Positions 47,761 to 57,640 of a stretch of DNA of 62,256 nt are shown here, piece by piece. This DNA is from an uncultured Anaerolineaceae bacterium. GTDB lineage: Bacteria; Chloroflexota; Anaerolineae; Anaerolineales; DRKV01. The stretch spans positions 1 through 62,256 of the forward strand of contig CAZGDA010000002.1 in the NCBI GenBank assembly GCA_964524425.1. The letters run 5' to 3'. The position numbers were made by a program, and so were the translations under genes. Position 1 is the stretch's first letter. Every line of letters begins with the position of its first letter. Below the pieces are notes generated by a model. The model was not told the DNA's origin. It saw nothing but the letters and a program-made list of their open reading frames with translations, and did no database searches.

Positions 47761-50193
47761 ATGCAAGACTTTGAAAAACTTGGTGTATTCTACCTCGGAC
47801 GTGAATACGACTTGGCGGCAAAGAAACTTCAAGACGGTTTATTGCTCTACGACTCTCGCGACCTGGTAACGCACGCCGTGATCGTGGGGATGACCGGCAG
47901 TGGTAAAACTGGCTTGTGCATTAACCTTATTGAGGAAGCAGCCCTGGATGGCGTTCCTTCTATACTAATTGACCCCAAGGGAGACCTTACAAACCTTCTG
48001 TTGACTTTCCCACAGTTACGCGCCGAAGATTTCATAACCTGGGTCAACCCCGATGACGCCAACCGCAAGGGGCTTTCAGTGCAAGATTTCGCCAGTCAAC
48101 AGGCAAAAACGTGGCAGGATGGACTGGCTGGCTGGGGTCAGGACGGACAGCGCATCCAGAAATTGCGCGACGCGGCTGAATTTGTCATCTACACCCCAGG
48201 CAGCAGCGCCGGTGTGCCTGTTTCCATTCTCAAGTCCTTTGCAGCCCCTCCCGCGGAAATCCTGGAAGACGGCGAGTTGCTGCAAGAACGCGTTTCCACG
48301 ACGGTTACCAGTTTGTTAGGATTGCTGAACATCGAGGCAGATCCTTTGCAAAGCCGCGAGCACATCTTGCTTTCCACAATTATCAGCCACACCTGGCTAC
48401 AAGGGCAAGACATGGATCTGGCAGCCTTGATCGCCCAGATCCAGAAACCCCCAGTTACCAAAATTGGCGTTTTAGATTTGGAATCTTTCTACCCCGCCAA
48501 AGACCGCTTTGCCCTGGTCATGTCCCTGAACAACCTGTTGGCTTCTCCTGGTTTCAGCGCCTGGCTTGAAGGTGTCCCGCTGGATATCAGCCAGATTTTA
48601 TACACAGGGCAGGGCAAACCGCGCGTGGCAATTTTTTCCATCGCCCACTTGAGCGACTCCGAGCGTATGTTCTTCGTCTCCTTGCTGTTGAATCAAGTGT
48701 TGGGCTGGATGCGCGCCCAGCCAGGCACAACCAGCCTGCGCGCCTTGCTTTACATGGATGAGATTTTTGGATATTTCCCGCCCACCTCCAACCCGCCTTC
48801 CAAACAACCTCTCCTGACCTTGCTCAAACAAGCGCGCGCCTTTGGGTTGGGAGTTGTCCTCGCCACCCAAAATCCAGTTGACCTGGATTACAAGGGGCTT
48901 TCCAACACAGGCACCTGGTTTATCGGGCGCTTGCAGACTGAGCGCGATAAAAGCCGCGTTATAGAAGGGTTGGAGGGCGCTGCGTCCCAATCCGGCGGCT
49001 TTGACCGCGGCAAAATGGAACAGCTTCTAGCAGGCTTGGGCAATCGCGTTTTCTTGATGAACAACACCCACGATGATGCACCCGCTATCTTCCAAACGCG
49101 TTGGTGCATGTCTTACCTGCGCGGCCCGCTGACCAGAAACCAGATCAAGCAGATCATGGATCCCTACAAAACCACCCAACCCGCGCCTGCCGCAGGAACG
49201 CAACCAGCCAAGCCTGCTGCAGCAGCCAAAACGCTGGCTGCTGCACCCGCTGCCGCCGCCCCGTCCGCCGGCTCGCAGCCGGCTTTGCCTCCCGACGTAC
49301 CACAATTCTTCATTCCCGTGCGTGGCAGCAGCAGCGAAGTAACCTACCAACCCATGCTTGTGGGATCTGCAAAGATTAATTTCAACGATGCCAAAGCCAA
49401 AGTTGATGAGACCCGCTCACTGGTCTTTGTAACCCCCATAGTTGACGAAGTCGTGGCGGTGAATTGGGAAGCCGCACAAGAAGCGGATTTCGCGTTAAAC
49501 GACCTCGAAAAAAACCCCGCTCGCGGTGCCCGCTTTGCTGACCTCCCCGGCGTCGCATCCAACGCTAAAATTTATACCGGCTGGAGCCGCGATTTTGTTA
49601 CCTGGTTGTATGGCAGCCAGAAAATCGAACTTTTCTTCAGCCCCAACGCCAAACAGTTTTCCAAAGTCGGCGAATCAGAGCGTGATTTTCGCGTTCGTTT
49701 GCAGCAATCCACGCGTGAAGTGCGCGACGACATGACAGACGCCCTGCGTAAAAAATACACCCCAAAAATCAACGCCATCAAGGAAAAAGTCCTCAAAGCC
49801 CAACAGGTAGTTGACCGCGAAGCTGCCCAGGTTACCCAGGCTGGTGTGCAAACAGCTCTTTCCGTTGGTGCCTCCCTGTTAGGTGCCTTCGCAGGACGTA
49901 AAGCCTCAGGTGTGAGCAAAGCGGCTCGCTCCATTGGTCGCACAGTGGAACAATCCGGCGACGTTGGGCGCGCCAAAGAGACCCTGCAAACCTATCAACA
50001 GCAGTTGGAAGAGTTAAACGCCGAATTCCAGGCGGAACTGGAAGCCTTGGCGAGCAAGACCGACTCTGCAACTGAGACCTTGGAGACGGTTAGCATCAAA
50101 CCCAAGAAGACAGACATCACCGTACAGGCGGTCTCCTTAGCCTGGGCGCCCTTCCGCCCCGGCGAGCAGGGTAAACCAGCCGCGGCGTGGTAA
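47761..50193 (+). CDS. Large HerA/FtsK-like (DUF87/DUF853, YjgR-like) P-loop ATPase with a Pro/Ala linker and ~300-aa C-terminal coiled-coil region
   Basis: Walker A 'GMTGSGKTG', 'LIDPKGDL', Walker B 'LLYMDEIFGYF' and 'VLATQNPVDLDYKGLSNTGTWFIGRLQTERD'. Low-complexity 'TQPAPAAGTQPAKPAAAAKTLAAAPAAAAP'. Confidence 0.75.
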   Translation: MQDFEKLGVFYLGREYDLAAKKLQDGLLLYDSRDLVTHAVIVGMTGSGKTGLCINLIEEAALDGVPSILIDPKGDLTNLLLTFPQLRAEDFITWVNPDDANRKGLSVQDFASQQAKTWQDGLAGWGQDGQRIQKLRDAAEFVIYTPGSSAGVPVSILKSFAAPPAEILEDGELLQERVSTTVTSLLGLLNIEADPLQSREHILLSTIISHTWLQGQDMDLAALIAQIQKPPVTKIGVLDLESFYPAKDRFALVMSLNNLLASPGFSAWLEGVPLDISQILYTGQGKPRVAIFSIAHLSDSERMFFVSLLLNQVLGWMRAQPGTTSLRALLYMDEIFGYFPPTSNPPSKQPLLTLLKQARAFGLGVVLATQNPVDLDYKGLSNTGTWFIGRLQTERDKSRVIEGLEGAASQSGGFDRGKMEQLLAGLGNRVFLMNNTHDDAPAIFQTRWCMSYLRGPLTRNQIKQIMDPYKTTQPAPAAGTQPAKPAAAAKTLAAAPAAAAPSAGSQPALPPDVPQFFIPVRGSSSEVTYQPMLVGSAKINFNDAKAKVDETRSLVFVTPIVDEVVAVNWEAAQEADFALNDLEKNPARGARFADLPGVASNAKIYTGWSRDFVTWLYGSQKIELFFSPNAKQFSKVGESERDFRVRLQQSTREVRDDMTDALRKKYTPKINAIKEKVLKAQQVVDREAAQVTQAGVQTALSVGASLLGAFAGRKASGVSKAARSIGRTVEQSGDVGRAKETLQTYQQQLEELNAEFQAELEALASKTDSATETLETVSIKPKKTDITVQAVSLAWAPFRPGEQGKPAAAW

Positions 50194-50292
50194 GGCGAGA
50201 TTTTTCTCGTCATCTACTCCGCCATCCTCCTGCTGGAACCTGTCGCAGACAAGCCCGTCGAAGCCCCATCCATCGCCGCGCCCTCGCCCCCC

Positions 50293-51672
50293 TCAATTCC
50301 GCAGGCTGTGGATGGGGGCGGGGATTTTGCCGCCGAATTCCACGAAGCGCGTGGATTTGCCCACGTTGCGCACTGGGGCGATAGCGCTTTCCCCAAACAA
50401 ACCACCAAAGGACACGAAATCCCCCGCCTCTTTGCCGGGCACCGGGATGACGCGCACCGCGGTGGTTTTTCCATTTATCATCCCAATCGCCATTTCGTCG
50501 GCGATAATGGCAGCGATCGTGCCCGCATCCACCGAGCCGGGGATGGCAATCATGTCCAACCCCACCGAGCAAACGCTGGTCATGGCTTCCAGCTTTTCCA
50601 AAAACAGGCTTTCATCGCGCACCGCGTTCGCCAGCACCTGGTCTTCACACACCGGGATGAACGCTCCGCTCAAACCGCCCACGCTCTGGCTGGCGAAAGT
50701 GCCGCCCTTCTTTACCGCGTCATTGAGCAGCGCCACAATGGCTGTGGAGCCTGGCGCTCCCACCGCATCCACGCCCAGGATTTGAATGATCTCTCCCACG
50801 CTGTCGCCCACGTTGGGGGTCGGCGCCAGGGAGAGGTCCACCACGCCAAAAGGCACGTCCAGCGCCTTGGCAACCTGGCGTCCGATCAGTTCACCACTGC
50901 GCGTTACACGAAAAGCCGCCCGCTTGATATCCTCCGCCAGGTCATGCAAACCCAATTTCTGGGAACCCGCCTGGGCGATTTTACGTTCCAAAGAACGGGC
51001 AATCACCCCCGGTCCGCTGACCCCCACGTTGATCACCACCTCGTGTTGCCCCAAACCATGAATAGCGCCTGCCATAAAAGGGTTGTCGTCCGGTTGGTTG
51101 GTAAACACCACGAACTTCGCCGCCGCAAAACCGCCCTCAGCCGCGCTTAGCTCCGCCAGGTCTTTGATGATTTGTCCAAGCAGGACGATCGCATCCACGT
51201 TGATACCGCAACGCGTCGAGCCGACGTTAATGGAACTGCACACCTTTTTCGTAGAAGTCAGGGCACGCGGAATGGCAGCGATTAATTCACCGTCTCCCAC
51301 GGAAATGCCATTCGCCACGTCGGCAGAAAAACCCCCCAGAAAGTCAACGCCAACTGCGCTGGCTGCTTCATCGAGCGTTTGAGCAATTTCCACAAAGCCA
51401 TCCGTATTAAATCCCGCTCCAATGTGGGCAATGGGCGTCACGGCAATGCGCTTATTTACAACCGGCACGGCGTATTCAGCGCTGACTGCCTCGCAAGTAG
51501 CCACCAGGTCAGCCGCGTGATGTTGAATCTTGGCTTTGATCGCCTGGCAGGTCTTTGCCACACTGCTGCGGTGGCAGTCCAGCAGGCTGATGCCCATCGT
51601 AACCGCGCGCACGTCCAGGTTTTCCTTTTGAATCATATCCACTGTGTTGAGAATTTCTTCAGATCGAACCAC
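50293..51672 (-). CDS. PFL family protein (UPF0210/DUF711)
   Basis: 'EEILNTVDMIQKENLDVRAVTMGISLLDC' is a typical UPF0210 N-terminus. 459 aa. Confidence 0.85.
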   Translation of the reverse strand: MVRSEEILNTVDMIQKENLDVRAVTMGISLLDCHRSSVAKTCQAIKAKIQHHAADLVATCEAVSAEYAVPVVNKRIAVTPIAHIGAGFNTDGFVEIAQTLDEAASAVGVDFLGGFSADVANGISVGDGELIAAIPRALTSTKKVCSSINVGSTRCGINVDAIVLLGQIIKDLAELSAAEGGFAAAKFVVFTNQPDDNPFMAGAIHGLGQHEVVINVGVSGPGVIARSLERKIAQAGSQKLGLHDLAEDIKRAAFRVTRSGELIGRQVAKALDVPFGVVDLSLAPTPNVGDSVGEIIQILGVDAVGAPGSTAIVALLNDAVKKGGTFASQSVGGLSGAFIPVCEDQVLANAVRDESLFLEKLEAMTSVCSVGLDMIAIPGSVDAGTIAAIIADEMAIGMINGKTTAVRVIPVPGKEAGDFVSFGGLFGESAIAPVRNVGKSTRFVEFGGKIPAPIHSLRN

Positions 51673-51686
51673 GTTTCTTCTCCTGA

Positions 51687-52292
51687 TTAATCCGAACGGG
51701 CAGGGTACTTTCCCTGGTGAGAGGGCAGGTTAATCTCATTCACGGCTTTAAAAATATCGTGATGCTGCAAAACCACTTTCAACCCGCTTTCCTTCGAAAA
51801 TTGCACCAAATCCCGGCGCACGTCTTGAATGGACGTGCAATGATTTAAATCAATCACCAGCACCATCACGTACATCCCTTGTGAGGCAGTTGTCGAAAGA
51901 TCAAGGATATTGATATTATGGCGCACGCAAAAAGAAGCCACCGTCGCCACAATACCGATCTGGTCTACGCCGGTGGCAGTCAGAACGTAGGCATTTTCCG
52001 GGTTAGACGAGTCAGAGATTGGCATATTCTCGTCCACTTCTTCAACTACCGCAGCGATGGCGGTCTCACTGTGCGCGTCCACTTCAGCCAGCTTACGCTC
52101 CACGTCCCGTCGGGTAACAGACGGGGGAAACGCAGCCAGCAAGATCATAGTGAAATAACCGCACATCACACTCTGGCGCACATCGGCGATGTTACCGCGC
52201 AACTCGCTGATGGCTTTGGATACTTCGTAAATGATTCCCACGCGGTCTCGCGCCATAATAGAGATGACAAATTGTGTCTGCGCTTCTCTCAT
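51687..52292 (-). CDS. Tandem ACT-domain protein (UPF0237-like partner of the PFL family protein)
   Basis: Two ACT-like repeats: 'FVISIMARDRVGIIYEVSKAISELRGNI' and 'YVLTATGVDQIGIVATVASFCVRHNINI'. Directly upstream of UPF0210. Confidence 0.75.
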   Translation of the reverse strand: MREAQTQFVISIMARDRVGIIYEVSKAISELRGNIADVRQSVMCGYFTMILLAAFPPSVTRRDVERKLAEVDAHSETAIAAVVEEVDENMPISDSSNPENAYVLTATGVDQIGIVATVASFCVRHNINILDLSTTASQGMYVMVLVIDLNHCTSIQDVRRDLVQFSKESGLKVVLQHHDIFKAVNEINLPSHQGKYPARSD

Positions 52293-52365
52293 ACTGCCTC
52301 TCCTTTTCGCAATATTATAACCCAGCTTTAGCGTTGCACAGGATCAGATTATCCTTGCAACAATC

Positions 52366-52394
52366 TTGATAATTTTACTCATCTATTTTATAAT
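52366..52394 (+). promoter_or_regulatory. Near-consensus promoter for cysK
   Basis: TTGATA (52366-52371), 17-nt spacer, TATAAT (52389-52394). Confidence 0.5.
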
Positions 52395-52438
52395 GTTAGC
52401 GCGCTCGTCTCGTTCTGGACAACAAAGGAGAACTTTAA

Positions 52439-53371
<933 letters not shown>

Positions 53372-53435
53372 TGCTATATAGAAAGCAGAGACACTACGCC
53401 TGAGCGAGAGGGGGAGTGTCTCTGTGAATGTCCTC

Positions 53436-53490
53436 GGCGGCGTAGCCAAGCGGTAAGGCAGGAGTCTGCAAAACCCGCATACGCGGGTTC
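53436..53490 (+). tRNA. tRNA-Cys(GCA)-like 5' remnant: acceptor 5' strand, D-arm, anticodon loop and start of the T-arm. It cannot form a full cloverleaf and is a probable pseudo-tRNA.
   Basis: GGCGGCG-TA-GCC-AAGCGGTAA-GGC-A-GGAGT-CTGCAAA-... closely follows bacterial tRNA-Cys. The anticodon-stem 3' strand is ACCCG, giving 2 mismatches. Similarity ends after CGCGGGTTC, and no CGCCGCC acceptor 3' strand lies downstream. Confidence 0.35.
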
Positions 53491-53552
53491 CATCGAACAC
53501 CAGAGACATTTCAGCCGTTTTATCAGTTTATTTATCAGTTTAATTAACGATC

Positions 53553-54266
53553 TCATCCCAGGGGCTTTTTTGAAGGGATACCCGCGCGGCGCGGATATTC
53601 TGATAACGTTGGGGCTATTTTATCCACCACCACCAGATAATGCTGCTCCACCACACCGGGCAGAGTAACCGGCAGTAAATGATGCAGCCGTCCTCCCAGC
53701 AGGCGCATGGCGTGTTCTGCCGCGTGCGCCTCGGCTGCTGCGCTCTCACCTTTCATCGCCAGAACGTGTCCTCCCACCCCCACCAGTGGGAGCAAATATT
53801 CCACCAGCACAGGCATAATCGCAACGGCTCTGCCGATCGCCCAGTCATACTGCTCGCGGTGCACTGCATCGCGTCCCGCCTCTTCCGCGCGCGCCTTAAC
53901 CAGCGTTACCCCCTCCAAACCGAGCGTATTTACAATGTGACGGCAGAAATTCACCTTTTTTTCCACCGAATCTACCAGCGTCAATTGCATTTCTGGAAAG
54001 AGAATTTTTAACGGCAGCCCCGGAAATCCTGCCCCCGTACCCACATCAATCACCCGCCGAAAGCGTGAGCCGCGCATCGCCAAAACACAACTAAACGAAT
54101 CCAAAAAATGTTTCGAGCGGATTTGTTCCGCTTCGCGAATTGCCGTCAGATTATAACGTGCATTCCATTCCACAAGCGTCTCCTGGTAACATTCCAGGCT
54201 GGCTGCTTGTGCCTTACTGATCCTCAGTCCAAATAAATCGTACGCTTGACGGGCAAGTTCAATCAT
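53553..54266 (-). CDS. rsmG: 16S rRNA (guanine527-N7)-methyltransferase
   Basis: 'VIDVGTGAGFPGLPLKI' SAM motif. 237 aa. GidB-like overall pattern. Confidence 0.9.
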   Translation of the reverse strand: MIELARQAYDLFGLRISKAQAASLECYQETLVEWNARYNLTAIREAEQIRSKHFLDSFSCVLAMRGSRFRRVIDVGTGAGFPGLPLKILFPEMQLTLVDSVEKKVNFCRHIVNTLGLEGVTLVKARAEEAGRDAVHREQYDWAIGRAVAIMPVLVEYLLPLVGVGGHVLAMKGESAAAEAHAAEHAMRLLGGRLHHLLPVTLPGVVEQHYLVVVDKIAPTLSEYPRRAGIPSKKPLG

Positions 54267-54330
54267 TACATTAGAGACAGCCAGCCACGCTGGAAAACCG
54301 CGGCTGGCTGTTTTTATTCTCCTTTATGGA

Positions 54331-55362
54331 TTACTTCTCCGGTTCTTTCTCGGCTTCGGCAGCTTCTGCTTTTCCTTCCTCGCCAGGCTTTTCTTCTTCT
54401 GCCTTGGCTTGCACAGCCGCCTTGTCTTTTGCCTGCTGTTTGCGCTTGCTAAACAAACGCCGTAACCCCTTGACCAGCAACCAAATCGGAATGCCAATGA
54501 TCAACATAATCGGCAGGAAGAATATCACCAACCAGATCGCCACGTTGACCAGAAACTTGAGCGCATTGATTAATGCCTGCACTGCGTCGCGTGCCTCTCC
54601 CACAGGCTGCCAGCCGCCCACCGTTACCGGTTGAATAGACGCTTCTGCGATGATATCTACTTTTATTGCCGAAAACGTTGCCGAGGTTTCATAATATTGG
54701 ATTTGCCCCTTCACCACCTCGATTTGCTCGCGCACTTCCACCAGTTGCCGGTAAACGTTCATCACGTCTTCTGTGGTATACGCATTTTCCATGATCTTGC
54801 GCAATTCAGCCTCTGCTGCTTCCAGGTTGCGCAAACGCGACTGCAAATCTGTGTATTCCTGGGTAACGTCCTGTCCAGACATATTCTCGTTCTGCACTTC
54901 ATTAACGTCCGCTTTTATTTCCTCCAGCGCCTCGTCCAGCTTTTCCGCCGGCACGCGCACGGTGATCGTCGCCTGAGGCACCTCTACGCCGTTATCCAGC
55001 GTCCTTTGAAATCGGTTTGAGGTTACCACGAAGCCGCCCATCTCCTCTGCCATGTCGCTGATTTTTTCCATGGTGAGAATTGGGTCTTTAACAACGATGG
55101 CAATGTCCACATTCTTGATCACCAATCGTTTGCCGCCCGCTTTTTGAGGCGCCAGGTCCTCAACTGGCGCACCAGGCGCAGCCATTTCCCCCGCCGCCTG
55201 GTTCACCTCGGCTTTCATCGCTTCTTCCATCGGTGCAGCCATTGGTGCTGCAGCGTCTGGCAAAGGGGCACTTTTGGGTCTTGCCGCAGCACACGCCATA
55301 CACACAACGGCTATCATACTCAGCACCACAACATTGCGCAGCAGATTACGCTTCCCAAACAT
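54331..55362 (-). CDS. DUF4349 domain lipoprotein with C-terminal TM and Lys/Glu-rich tail
   Basis: Start at 'MFGKRNLL...MACAAA' with GAGGAGG upstream. 'RLVIKNVDIAIVVKD' and 'DVTQEYTDLQSRLRNLEAAEAEL' are typical of DUF4349. Confidence 0.7.
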   Translation of the reverse strand: MFGKRNLLRNVVVLSMIAVVCMACAAARPKSAPLPDAAAPMAAPMEEAMKAEVNQAAGEMAAPGAPVEDLAPQKAGGKRLVIKNVDIAIVVKDPILTMEKISDMAEEMGGFVVTSNRFQRTLDNGVEVPQATITVRVPAEKLDEALEEIKADVNEVQNENMSGQDVTQEYTDLQSRLRNLEAAEAELRKIMENAYTTEDVMNVYRQLVEVREQIEVVKGQIQYYETSATFSAIKVDIIAEASIQPVTVGGWQPVGEARDAVQALINALKFLVNVAIWLVIFFLPIMLIIGIPIWLLVKGLRRLFSKRKQQAKDKAAVQAKAEEEKPGEEGKAEAAEAEKEPEK

Positions 55363-55719
55363 ATTGCCTCCTCTCATAAAACTACGCCTGTCCTGCCAAT
55401 CTTTTTCCAAACCATTCACGTTCGCCTTCTTTGATTCAAAGTATATCATAAAACACCTCCATAAATTATGTCAGCCTGTTTCTATATCTTGTGGCTTAAG
55501 ACGCCCGGATTCTCGGATTTGTTCCACCGCCGAACAAATCATCCTCCATTCGCCAGGCTTACTTTCGTTTCTTTTTCAAAACGATATGGCAACGCTGATT
55601 TATCTTCTGGAAAATGGTATACTTATTCCACCAAACCCGCTTCGATCTTCGTCAAAAGACGAAAACTCGCAGACGTTCGGTTTTATTTGCAAGATTGATT
55701 TTTCAAAGGAGATGCCACC

Positions 55720-57018
55720 ATGAAGACTGAAACCTCATCCACGAATTCATCGAGCAGCATCAATCTGATCGCCTTACTCATTTCCAGCGCAATGATTGGC
55801 GTGCTTGTTGGTCTTGTTTCGGCTGCATTTCTGCGCTTTCTCGATTGGAGCACCCACCTCCTCTGGCAAGAACTTCCTCATCAAATTGCGCCACAAGGCA
55901 GCCCCACTGCTTACACGCTCATTATCTGCACCCTGGGAGGACTCATCGTCGGCGTGTGCCAGAAATACCTGGGCAATCACCCGCCCTCCTTGCAAGAAAC
56001 GCTGCAAGAGTTTCGCAAAACCGGGCGTATTGAATACAAACACCTTCCCAATGGCATCGTTAACGTCCTCGCATCACTCGTCTTCGGCGGCAGCCTGGGA
56101 CCAGAAGCAGGTCTCACCGACATGATCGGTGGTCTGGCAACCTGGTTTGGTGATTTCCGAGCGCGCCATCACTACGTTCGCCGCGCCCTCACCTACGCCG
56201 CCGTTAGTGCGGGTCTCGCCTTTTTGGGTTCTCCCATCGGCGGCGCGTTTTTAACGTCAGAATCCTCGGAGGACGAAATCTTACCCCCTTTCCCGAAATT
56301 CCTCCCCGCTTTGGTTGGTGCCTGCGCCGGCTTCGGTGGGTTCATCTGGTTTATGGGCTACACCTTGGGCGGCTTCTCTCATCTCCCCTCGCCGACCGAG
56401 CGCCAACCCGTTAACCTCCTGCTTGCCATCCCCGTTGCCCTCGTCGGCGCCGCCGCAGGGTTGGGATATCACTTCTCATCCCTGTTCCTGAAAAAGTTCT
56501 TTTCCCCACTCGCGCAGCAACCGGTGTTACGCGGCCTGTTCGGAGGGCTGGGCTTGGGCATTCTGGGCAGTTTCCTTCCCCTAACGTTATTCTCTGGGGA
56601 ACACGACTTCCGCTTCCTCGTCGAACAGGGCGCCCAACTCGGCTTTGCCGTCCTCTTCCTGACTGGTCTGGCGAAAATGTTTGCCAACGCCCTCTGCCTC
56701 ACCACCGGCTGGAAAGGCGGCATCATCTTTCCTCTCATCTTCAGCGGCGCCTCTCTGGGGCTGGCGTGCAGCGTCCTTTTTCCAGTCATTCCTCCCATCG
56801 TCGGCGTCGCCGGGGGTATGGCAGCCACAACCGTAACTATCTTGCGCCAGCCTCTCGCAGTTATCGTCATTGCCCTGGGCATTATGCGCGCTGAAACAGC
56901 CGGCGTTATCGTCGTAGCCACCCTCGTGGGCTATACCCTGACCCAACCGTTTTTTCCTCCCAGGAAAACACACGTTGTTTCCGAAAAAATTGCGTCTGCG
57001 TCGCAGCCTAACCAATAA
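55720..57018 (+). CDS. ClC-family voltage-gated chloride channel-like protein
   Basis: 432 aa, ~10-11 TM. 'FGGSLGPEAG' and 'GWKGGIIFPLIFSGASLG' resemble the ClC selectivity-filter segments. Confidence 0.7.
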   Translation: MKTETSSTNSSSSINLIALLISSAMIGVLVGLVSAAFLRFLDWSTHLLWQELPHQIAPQGSPTAYTLIICTLGGLIVGVCQKYLGNHPPSLQETLQEFRKTGRIEYKHLPNGIVNVLASLVFGGSLGPEAGLTDMIGGLATWFGDFRARHHYVRRALTYAAVSAGLAFLGSPIGGAFLTSESSEDEILPPFPKFLPALVGACAGFGGFIWFMGYTLGGFSHLPSPTERQPVNLLLAIPVALVGAAAGLGYHFSSLFLKKFFSPLAQQPVLRGLFGGLGLGILGSFLPLTLFSGEHDFRFLVEQGAQLGFAVLFLTGLAKMFANALCLTTGWKGGIIFPLIFSGASLGLACSVLFPVIPPIVGVAGGMAATTVTILRQPLAVIVIALGIMRAETAGVIVVATLVGYTLTQPFFPPRKTHVVSEKIASASQPNQ

Positions 57019-57094
57019 TTCCATCTGCTTTGTTCCTGTAACATTCAGAAAAGCGCTAAAAAAGAGTATAATTAAAGAAACCTGGAGGTGAGTT

Positions 57095-57442
57095 ATGGAT
57101 GAAAGGCGAAGAGAATCACGGCATCATTTAATTCATTACCTGCGCATATTTGATTGTGATACAGGTGCTGAGATTGGCAACCTGGTAAATATCAACAAAG
57201 GCGGGGTGATGATTGTCAGCGGAGAGCCTATCGAAGAGGGTAAAAAACTGCACCTGCGCATGATGTTTCCCGAAGAGATTATGGATAAAGACCACATAGA
57301 ATTTGACGCCGAAACGCGCTGGCTTAAAGCCAACGACCGTTACGGTTTGATCGCTATGGGGCTAAAATCCTTAAACATCTCCCCGCAAGACATGGACACC
57401 TTGGAGTATCTGATCTCGTTTTATCAGGACGACGAAGAATAA
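57095..57442 (+). CDS. Single-domain PilZ protein (c-di-GMP receptor)
   Basis: 'RRRESRH' (RxxxR) and 'NINKGGVMI' (D/NxSxxG-like). 115 aa. Confidence 0.72.
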   Translation: MDERRRESRHHLIHYLRIFDCDTGAEIGNLVNINKGGVMIVSGEPIEEGKKLHLRMMFPEEIMDKDHIEFDAETRWLKANDRYGLIAMGLKSLNISPQDMDTLEYLISFYQDDEE

Positions 57443-57464
57443 ACTGCACCAGGTGATCGTTTCA

Positions 57465-57638
57465 ATGGCTGATATTTCCACCCGCAAAGCCTCGCGCCAC
57501 GACCTGCCCGCCATCCTTCGTCTCTACCAAGAGCCGGGATTTGACGATGCAGCAGTCTTAGACCTGGATAGCGCCGCGCCCATCTTTGCGCGCATGCATC
57601 AATATAATTTTATAGTCCCAATCTCCTCCACACCTTAA
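57465..57638 (+). pseudogene. N-terminal remnant of a GNAT acetyltransferase
   Basis: 'MADISTRKASRHDLPAILRLYQEPGFDDAAVLDLDSAAPIFARMHQY' looks like the first ~50 aa of a GNAT. The ORF stops after 57 codons, and no continuation exists in the other frames. Confidence 0.4.
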
Positions 57639-57640
57639 TT

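Noticed and set aside
53436-53508. An intact tRNA-Cys or a long-arm (type II/Sec-like) tRNA
   Set aside because: There is no 3' acceptor strand (CGCCGCC) and no T-stem complement. The anticodon stem pairs at only 3 of 5 positions. The 8-bp pairing 53417-53424/53501-53508 encloses 76 nt that do not form a cloverleaf.
55516-55540. Fluoride (crcB-motif) riboswitch upstream of the ClC-like gene
   Set aside because: The region forms only a simple 9-bp hairpin (GATTTGTTC/GAACAAATC). It lacks the GGnGAUGG...CUGAUGA..CCU pseudoknot signature and has no terminator.
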